Under the pieces are notes generated by a model. The model ran no database searches. It was not told the origin of the DNA and saw nothing but the letters and a program-made list of their open reading frames with translations. DNA of 64,000 bases. Origin: an uncultured Eubacterium sp. Lineage in GTDB: Bacteria; Bacillota; Clostridia; Lachnospirales; Lachnospiraceae. The position numbers and the translations under genes are program-made. Each line of letters starts with the position of its first letter. The first letter of the stretch is position 1. Below, piece after piece: positions 57,223 through 64,000 of the stretch. The stretch lies in contig CANRTU010000015.1 of NCBI GenBank assembly GCA_947642745.1, positions 5,571-69,570 of the forward strand, read 5' to 3'.

Positions 57223-59103
57223 TTAATACTGCCGGAACCGTTCATACCGTTCCCCGGCAAAATCTTCACCGCTCTTTCCTGCCTGCGAGGAGAGATAGTC
57301 TTTGAGTTTTTGTTTCATATATCTGGAAATGGCATCCAGGGTAATTTCATCCGCCCCGCCGTATTCCGGAATTACTTCCTCTGTTACCTTCAGCTCATGC
57401 AGATCCTGCGCTGTCAGTTTCATTACTTCCGCCGCTTCCTGCGCCCTGTTGCTGTCTTTCCACAAAATCGAAGAAAACCCCTCTGGCGAAAGCACTGAAT
57501 AAGTGGCGTTTTCCATCATCCACACCTGATTGCTCACTGCCAGCGCCAGTGCGCCGCCGCTGCCGCCTTCCCCGATCATCAGACAGATAACCGGCACTTT
57601 CAGGGCTGACATTTCATACAGGTTCCTGGCAATGGCTTCTCCCTGTCCCAGCTCTTCTGCTTCCATGCCGCAAAAAGCGCCGGATGTATTTACAAACGTA
57701 ACTACCGGCCGGTGGAATTTTTCCGCCTGTTTCATCAGACGCAGCGCCTTACGGTACCCCTCAGGGGAAGCCATTCCGAAATTCCGCTGCCGGCATTCTT
57801 CGATGGTACTGCCTTTCTGGATACCGATAACGGTCACCGGCTGGCCGTCCAGAAACGCCACGCCGCCTGTTACCGCCGGATCATCATGGTACTGTCTGTC
57901 GCCGTGGAATTCCATAAAATCATTGAAAATATGGCTGATATAATCCATGGCGGAAGGCCTTGTGACTTTACGGGCTGCCCGCACTTTGTCCCAGGCTGTC
58001 TGGTTCTGCGCCTGCACCATATGTTCCTTACTGCGTTCATCCGGCCTTGTGTCAATCTGGCTGTTATCTGTAAACGCATGAAAACTCCGGTTGCTGTGAT
58101 GAAATTTTAAAATCCTGGCCAGTGTCTGCTTTAAGTCTTTGCGCTCTACAATGGCGTCCGCAAATCCATGCTCCAGCTGGAACTCCGCCCGCTGGAATCC
58201 TTCCGGCAGTTTTTCCCCGATTGTCTGCTCAATGACCCTTGGCCCGGCAAACCCGATCAGCGCTCCCGGCTCCGCCAGAATAATGTCTCCCAGCATCGCA
58301 AAGCTGGCCGTTACACCGCCAGTGGTAGGATCTGTTAAAACCGGTACGTACAAAAGTCCGGTATCACTGTGTTTTTTTAATGCCGCCGCCGTCTTTGCCA
58401 TCTGCATCAGGGAAATAATGCCCTCCTGCATACGCGCGCCGCCGGAACAGCAGAAGAGAATGACCGGAAGCCGCATGGCCGTAGCCTTTTCCACTGCCAG
58501 CGCAATTTTTTCCCCTACCACGTGACCCATGCTGCCCATCAGGAATCTGGCGTCGCAAACGCCCAGCACGGCAGGTTCTCCGTCGATCCTGGCATAACCC
58601 ACGGTAACGCCTTCGTGCAGGTTCGTCTTTTCCCGTACAGCTGCCAGTTTTTCTTCATATCCCGGAAATTTTAACGGATCTGTCTCTTCCACATCTTCGA
58701 ACCAGGGTTCGAACGTACCCGCATCCACAACCATCCGGATACGGTTTTTTGTACGGACCCGGAAATAATAACCGCATTCTTTACATACGTATCTGCCTGC
58801 CACTGTCTCCGCTTTTGAGAGACTGGCGCCGCACTTTTTACAGGTAATCCAGTCGGGACTGGCGTTATCCCTGCCAGTGTCTTCCCGCTCTCCCTGCTGC
58901 TCTTCCTGCGTCTCCGGTTTCTTTTTTGAAGCAGTGCTTTTTCTCCGGAAAAACGTGCTTTCACGCTTCTGTACGCCACGTCCGTCCGCCGGCTGCGCAT
59001 CTTCCGGTACCGTTGTTGCGGATGCCTGCTCCTCCCAGCCGGGATTTTCGGTTTCTAACGCTTCATCCTGTTTTTTCCGGTTCCTGATTTTATTGATCCA
59101 CAT
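57223..59103 (-). CDS. accDA: Fused acetyl-CoA carboxylase carboxyltransferase beta/alpha (AccD-AccA)
   Basis: [27 protein letters not shown], then [24 protein letters not shown] in one frame. Confidence 0.92.
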   Translation of the reverse strand: MWINKIRNRKKQDEALETENPGWEEQASATTVPEDAQPADGRGVQKRESTFFRRKSTASKKKPETQEEQQGEREDTGRDNASPDWITCKKCGASLSKAETVAGRYVCKECGYYFRVRTKNRIRMVVDAGTFEPWFEDVEETDPLKFPGYEEKLAAVREKTNLHEGVTVGYARIDGEPAVLGVCDARFLMGSMGHVVGEKIALAVEKATAMRLPVILFCCSGGARMQEGIISLMQMAKTAAALKKHSDTGLLYVPVLTDPTTGGVTASFAMLGDIILAEPGALIGFAGPRVIEQTIGEKLPEGFQRAEFQLEHGFADAIVERKDLKQTLARILKFHHSNRSFHAFTDNSQIDTRPDERSKEHMVQAQNQTAWDKVRAARKVTRPSAMDYISHIFNDFMEFHGDRQYHDDPAVTGGVAFLDGQPVTVIGIQKGSTIEECRQRNFGMASPEGYRKALRLMKQAEKFHRPVVTFVNTSGAFCGMEAEELGQGEAIARNLYEMSALKVPVICLMIGEGGSGGALALAVSNQVWMMENATYSVLSPEGFSSILWKDSNRAQEAAEVMKLTAQDLHELKVTEEVIPEYGGADEITLDAISRYMKQKLKDYLSSQAGKSGEDFAGERYERFRQY

Positions 59104-59107
59104 AATT

Positions 59108-59545
59108 TTATACCCCGCTTCCAATTGCAAAGGTGATTTCAGCGGATGCCGCAAGTTTTCCGTTCACCATGGCGGTTCCTTTACCGATGCCGATGGGACC
59201 TTTTACTTTCACGATCTCCACATTCAGTTCCAGCACATCCCCGGGTATTACTTTCTGTTTAAATCTTGCTGACTGAATCCCCGCAAAGTAGGCTGTCCTG
59301 CCTTTCATTTCCGGCTGGGAGAGCATTGCCACGGCGCCTGCCTGCGCCATGGCTTCCACAATCAGCACGCCCGGCATGACTGGTTCTTCTGGAAAATGTC
59401 CGGCAAAATACGGCTCATTGTAGCTTACACATTTTCTGGCCAGGGCACGGACACCCGGCTCCAGCTCCTCGATGGTATCCAGCAGCATAAACGGCTGTCT
59501 GTGGGGAATGATTTCCATAATCTGGGATGCGTTTAATAATGACAT
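59108..59545 (-). CDS. fabZ: 3-hydroxyacyl-ACP dehydratase
   Basis: [27 protein letters not shown]. Confidence 0.96.
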   Translation of the reverse strand: MSLLNASQIMEIIPHRQPFMLLDTIEELEPGVRALARKCVSYNEPYFAGHFPEEPVMPGVLIVEAMAQAGAVAMLSQPEMKGRTAYFAGIQSARFKQKVIPGDVLELNVEIVKVKGPIGIGKGTAMVNGKLAASAEITFAIGSGV

Positions 59546-59563
59546 ACTGTTCCTCCGGCTTTC

Positions 59564-60796
59564 TTATTCATATTTCGATACGATCAGTGTGGCATTGTGA
59601 CCGCCAAATCCCAGGGAATTGCTTAATACATGGTTTACCGGCTCTTCATACGGCTCCCTGCAGTAATCCAGATCCAGCTCTTCATCCGGTATCTGGTAAC
59701 CAGCCGTGGCATGAATATAGCCCTCCTGTATTTCCTTGACGCTGGTGACAAATTCTATGGCGCCGGCTGCGCCCAGCAGATGCCCTACCATGGATTTGGT
59801 GGAATTGATCCGGATATTTGCCGCATGACTGCCAAACGTCCGCTTAATGGCTCTTGTTTCAAACAGGTCATTATGATGGGTGGCTGTACCATGGGCATTG
59901 ATACAGGTAATATCTTCCGGCAAAAGCCCTGCGTCCGCAATGGCGTTTTCCATGGCTTTTGCCGCACCTGACCCGTCTTCCACCGGTGAAGTAATATGAT
60001 ACGCATCGGAAGTACATCCATAGCCTGTAACTTCCGCATATATTTTAGCCCCACGCTTTTTCGCATGTTCCAGCTCTTCCAGAATCACGACAGCCGCTCC
60101 CTCGCCCATGACAAAACCGCTGCGGCGTTTATCAAACGGCAGGGAACAGCACGCCGGATCGTCCTGTGTGGACAAAGCGGTCAGGGCGGTAAATCCTGCG
60201 ATTCCCACTGGCGTAACGCTGCCCTCGCAGCCTCCGGTAACCATAATATCCGCATCCCCATACTGAATGGTACGGAACGCCTCTCCGATGCTGTTGGTAC
60301 CTGTCGCACACGCAGTAACCACATTAATGCTTTTTCCTTTTAATCCATAGGCTATTGATACGTTTCCGGAAGCCATATTGGAGATCATCAGCGGTACAAA
60401 TAACGGATTTATTTTGGACGGTCCTTTTTCCAGCAGCTTTTTATGCTCCCGTTCCATGGCCTGCAGACTGCCAATTCCGGAACCAATGGCGCAGCCTGCC
60501 CGGAACGCATCTGTCTGCGACATATCAAGGGCCGCATCTTCCAGCGCTTCTTTTGCGGCAGCCATGGCGTACTGGCTGAACGGTTCCATCCGTCTGGCCG
60601 ATTTTGCGTCCATGTAATTTTTAGCGTCAAATCCTTTGACTTCCGCTGCCAGATGACATTTAAAACCGGAGGCGTCAAAATGGGTTATCGGCGCAAATCC
60701 AATATCTTTTCTTTTAATCCCGTTCCAGAATTCTTCCACACTTAAACCGATAGGTGTAATCGCACCCATTCCGGTCACTACCACTCTTCGTTTCAT
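59564..60796 (-). CDS. fabF: Beta-ketoacyl-ACP synthase II
   Basis: TACATG, NAHGTAT, STKSMVGHLLGAAG, GFGGHN. Confidence 0.96.
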   Translation of the reverse strand: MKRRVVVTGMGAITPIGLSVEEFWNGIKRKDIGFAPITHFDASGFKCHLAAEVKGFDAKNYMDAKSARRMEPFSQYAMAAAKEALEDAALDMSQTDAFRAGCAIGSGIGSLQAMEREHKKLLEKGPSKINPLFVPLMISNMASGNVSIAYGLKGKSINVVTACATGTNSIGEAFRTIQYGDADIMVTGGCEGSVTPVGIAGFTALTALSTQDDPACCSLPFDKRRSGFVMGEGAAVVILEELEHAKKRGAKIYAEVTGYGCTSDAYHITSPVEDGSGAAKAMENAIADAGLLPEDITCINAHGTATHHNDLFETRAIKRTFGSHAANIRINSTKSMVGHLLGAAGAIEFVTSVKEIQEGYIHATAGYQIPDEELDLDYCREPYEEPVNHVLSNSLGFGGHNATLIVSKYE

Positions 60797-60805
60797 GTTC
60801 CCTCC

Positions 60806-61546
60806 CTAAATAGCCATTCCGCCGTCCACGCACAGTACCTGTCCGGTAATATACGAAGCCTGGTCTGACGCAAGAAATAATACCGCACTGGCAATGTCCT
60901 CCGGCTGCGCCGTGCGGGCAAACGGAATCTGTGCGGTCAGCTGGCTCTTCACCTGGTCTGATAAATGGCCTGTCATTTCTGTTTCTACATATCCCGGCGC
61001 TACTGCGTTGACGTTGATCCCTCTGGAAGCCAGCTCCCTGGCCACACTTTTCGTCAGTCCGATCACGCCGGCTTTTGAGGCGCTGTAGTTTGCCTGTCCC
61101 GCATTGCCAAGCACGCCGGATACAGAAGTGATATTAACGATTTTGCCGCTGCGCTGTTTTAACAGGTATCTTGCCGCATGACGGATCGTATTAAAAGTAC
61201 CTTTTAAATTAATATCCAGCACGCTGTCATAGTCTGCTTCTGTCATTTTCATTAACAGCCCGTCCCTGGTAATCCCTGCGTTATTCACAAGAATATCCAG
61301 TCTGCCGCTGTCTTTTATGATCGTTTCGATCATTTGTTTACTGGCGTCAAAATCCGATACGTCACACTGTATGGCCACCGCCCTGCCGCCGTCTGCTATT
61401 ATCTGCGCCGCCAGAGCTTCCGCCTGTTCTTTTGAACCGTTATAATTGACATAGACAACGGCTCCATTTGCTCCCAGCATTTTTGCCACGGCGCTGCCAA
61501 TGCCCCTGCCCGCGCCGGTAACCAGCGCTATTTTATCTGTTAACAT
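60806..61546 (-). CDS. fabG: 3-oxoacyl-ACP reductase
   Basis: TGAGRGIG, NNAGITRD, NYSASKAG, VDGGM. Confidence 0.96.
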   Translation of the reverse strand: MLTDKIALVTGAGRGIGSAVAKMLGANGAVVYVNYNGSKEQAEALAAQIIADGGRAVAIQCDVSDFDASKQMIETIIKDSGRLDILVNNAGITRDGLLMKMTEADYDSVLDINLKGTFNTIRHAARYLLKQRSGKIVNITSVSGVLGNAGQANYSASKAGVIGLTKSVARELASRGINVNAVAPGYVETEMTGHLSDQVKSQLTAQIPFARTAQPEDIASAVLFLASDQASYITGQVLCVDGGMAI

Positions 61547-62447
61547 AAGCTTCCAGGTCCTCCGGTTTTTCTATATGATAAGCTTTTACATTCCGGTTAA
61601 TTTTTTTCATAAATCCGCTCAGGGTACGTCCCGGCCCGATTTCTACAAATTCGTCCGCCCCCTGTTCGATCAGCATCTCAATGCTCTGCTGCCAGCGGAC
61701 AGACGATGTAATCTGACGCTTTAACAGATCCCTGACCTGTCCGCTGTCTGTCACCGGCAGGGCTGTCACGTTAGATACGTAAGGTATTACAATTTCACGG
61801 ATCATGATCTCATCCAGGTCTTTTGCCAGCTTTTCTCCCGCTCCTTCCAGCATACCAGAATGGAATGGTCCGCTGACATTTAACGGCATTACCCGTTTTG
61901 CGCCGGCAGCCTTACAGCCTTCCCCAGCCTGATCCACCGCCTGTTTCTCCCCGGTAATGACAATCTGTCCGGGACAGTTATAATTGGCGATGGATACGAT
62001 CCCCTGTGTCTGTTCACAGACACGTTCAACCGCCTCCGCATCCAGACCAAGTACCGCCGCCATAGCGCCGCCTGTTGGCACCGCCTCCTGCATATAAATC
62101 CCCCGCTTTCGTATAATATAAAAGGCATCCGCCGGATCCAGCGCTTTGGACGCTACCAGCGCCCCATATTCGCCCAGACTTAACCCCGCAGTATAGTCCG
62201 GTTTTAAGCCGCACTGTTCCATTGCCATATAGATGGCTGTTTCCACGGTAAGCATGGCGATCTGTGTATATTCTGTAATATCCAGCTGGTCATTTTTTTC
62301 AAAACAGAGTGCGGGAAGATCCAGACCAGTTACGGCTGACGCCTGGTCAAACACCGCTTTACAGATGTTATAATTGTCGTAAAATTCTTTTCCCATGCCG
62401 GCGTACTGTGCGCCCTGGCCTGGGAACATATATACTGTTTTTCCCAT
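61533..62447 (-). CDS. fabD: Malonyl-CoA:ACP transacylase
   Basis: FPGQGAQ, GLSLGEY, ANYNCPGQ, VSGPFHS, EIGPG. Confidence 0.95.
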   Translation of the reverse strand: MGKTVYMFPGQGAQYAGMGKEFYDNYNICKAVFDQASAVTGLDLPALCFEKNDQLDITEYTQIAMLTVETAIYMAMEQCGLKPDYTAGLSLGEYGALVASKALDPADAFYIIRKRGIYMQEAVPTGGAMAAVLGLDAEAVERVCEQTQGIVSIANYNCPGQIVITGEKQAVDQAGEGCKAAGAKRVMPLNVSGPFHSGMLEGAGEKLAKDLDEIMIREIVIPYVSNVTALPVTDSGQVRDLLKRQITSSVRWQQSIEMLIEQGADEFVEIGPGRTLSGFMKKINRNVKAYHIEKPEDLEAYVNR

Positions 62448-62574
62448 AATCAGTTCCTTTCCTGGTATCGCAGCAGACAGCCGGGGACCAGCCATTGTTA
62501 TGTAATCTTCCGGACGCTTCCGGATGGGATGGCTTTGATGTTTCCGGTTTCTAAAAATCTGTCACAGATGCCGG

Positions 62575-63525
62575 CTATTTCCCGGATACTGTTTCTGCGT
62601 CTTCCCACTTTAACAGTTTTGTGGCGCTGCCCACGATTTCTTCTATAATTTCTTTACAGGTGCCTTCCTGCCGGACGAGTCCCGCAATCTGTCCCGCCAT
62701 CAGGCTTCCCTCTTTTACATCGCCTTCCATGACTGCTTTGCGCAGGGAGCCAAGAGTTAACCGTTCCAGTTCCTCCAGCGGCGTGCCTTTCTTTTCCAGT
62801 TTTAAGTATTCCCGGCTCATCTGGTTGCGCAGTACACGGATCGGATGACCTGTGGAACGGCCTGTGACTTCTGAATCTATGTCTTTTGCTTTGATGACCC
62901 GCTCTTTGTAAGCAGAGTGTACGATGGATTCCACAGCAGTAATAAACCGGGTTCCCATCTGTACGGCTTCAGCGCCCAGCATAAAAGCGGCGGCCATTCC
63001 CCTGCCGTCCGCAATGCCGCCGGCCGCAATAACCGGAATGCCTACGGCGTCCGCCACCTGTGGCACCAGCGTCATTGTCGTCTGTTCCCCGATGTGTCCG
63101 CCGGACTCCATGCCTTCCGCCACTACCGCATCCGCACCGGAGCGTTCCATCATCTTTGCCATGGCTACGCTGGCCACTACCGGAATGACCCGCACGCCGG
63201 CTTCTTTCCACATTGGAATAAATTTAACCGGATTTCCGGCGCCGGTTGTTACTACCTTTATCCCTTCTTCCACAACGATCTTTGCCACTTCCGGTGCGTT
63301 GGGATTCATCAGCATAACGTTTACGCCTACCGGCCGGCTGGTGAGCTTTTTCGCTTCCCGGATCTGCTCCCTCACAACTTCCGGCGGTGCGCTGGCCGCC
63401 CCGATAATGCCCAGACCACCGGCAGCCGATACGGCTGACGCCAGATGATATTCCCCTACCCAGGCCATACCGCCCTGTATGACGGGATATTCAATTCCTA
63501 ATAATTCTGTTACCCTGGTTTTCAT
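62575..63525 (-). CDS. fabK: Enoyl-ACP reductase II
   Basis: IQGGMAWV, EGMESGGHIG, AAGGIADGRG, QMGTRF, MAGQIAG. Confidence 0.95.
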   Translation of the reverse strand: MKTRVTELLGIEYPVIQGGMAWVGEYHLASAVSAAGGLGIIGAASAPPEVVREQIREAKKLTSRPVGVNVMLMNPNAPEVAKIVVEEGIKVVTTGAGNPVKFIPMWKEAGVRVIPVVASVAMAKMMERSGADAVVAEGMESGGHIGEQTTMTLVPQVADAVGIPVIAAGGIADGRGMAAAFMLGAEAVQMGTRFITAVESIVHSAYKERVIKAKDIDSEVTGRSTGHPIRVLRNQMSREYLKLEKKGTPLEELERLTLGSLRKAVMEGDVKEGSLMAGQIAGLVRQEGTCKEIIEEIVGSATKLLKWEDAETVSGK

Positions 63526-63545
63526 CTCTGCCACCTTTTTTGCTT

Positions 63546-63773
63546 TTATTCTACACCATGCTCTTTTAAATAGTTCATTATATCGCCTACTGTTGTAACG
63601 CCTTCCAGGTCTTCAGACGGAATTTCAATGTCAAAGCCTTCTTCCAGCGCAATCACCAGTTCAAAAATATCCAGGGAGTCCGCCCCAAGATCGTCCTTAA
63701 ACGTAGTCTGCTCTGTGATTTCCGCTGTGGTATTTAACTGTTCTTTTATAATCTCCGCAATTTTTTCTAACAT
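63546..63773 (-). CDS. acpP: Acyl carrier protein
   Basis: [18 protein letters not shown]. Confidence 0.95.
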   Translation of the reverse strand: MLEKIAEIIKEQLNTTAEITEQTTFKDDLGADSLDIFELVIALEEGFDIEIPSEDLEGVTTVGDIMNYLKEHGVE

Positions 63774-63832
63774 CTCTGATCTCCTTTTCATTTTCTTTTT
63801 CCTGTATCTGGTTTGTTTTACATTTATTTTTC

Positions 63833-63877
63833 TTTGATTATCAAACTATTTGACTATCAAGCTATTTGACTCGCAAA
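63833..63877. promoter_or_regulatory. Three tandem FabT-type operator palindromes
   Basis: TTTGATTATCAAA, TTTGACTATCAAG and TTTGACTCGCAAA at a 16-bp period, just downstream of the -10. Confidence 0.7.
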
Positions 63878-63879
63878 GT

Positions 63880-63908
63880 ATCATAGTACGTCTGGAACAA
63901 TTTGTCAA
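63880..63908 (-). promoter_or_regulatory. sigma70 promoter of the fab operon
   Basis: TTGACA-N17-TATGAT. Confidence 0.8.
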
Positions 63909-64000
63909 TAGGGTTTGGAAAATCCGGCAGTATTATTTTCTGATTGTATTTCCGGATACAAATGTTATACTCTTTTATAAACACAGAACAACGAAAAGTT

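Overview
Chromosomal window from a Clostridia bacterium, probably Lachnospiraceae (inferred from gene content and order). Almost all genes lie on the minus strand. From left to right: (1) an IS66 element (tnpA-tnpB-tnpC) whose ORFs are still open but carry many apparent T>C/A>G, CCGG-creating missense changes; (2) a 1454-aa secreted Ig-like/S-layer-like protein, an atypical carbamate kinase, an AAA-ATPase/PD-(D/E)XK gene preceded by a candidate sRNA and a 93-bp MITE, HtrA, and a papain-like (Cwp84-type) protease; (3) a ~20-kb rhamnose-containing cell-surface glycan cluster (two LCPs, two priming transferases, Wzm/Wzt, a WbdD-like methyltransferase-kinase, rmlABCD); (4) HPr, glmM, cdaR, cdaA; (5) yvyF, comF, recD2, a FlgJ-like gene, flgG, flgF, mreB/mbl; (6) fucO, a candidate structured RNA, an FMN riboswitch and ribD-ribE-ribBA-ribH on the plus strand; (7) a FabT-regulated fatty-acid operon lacking accB/accC. 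No tRNA, rRNA or CRISPR array was seen. All family assignments come from recognising motifs by eye, not from database searches.
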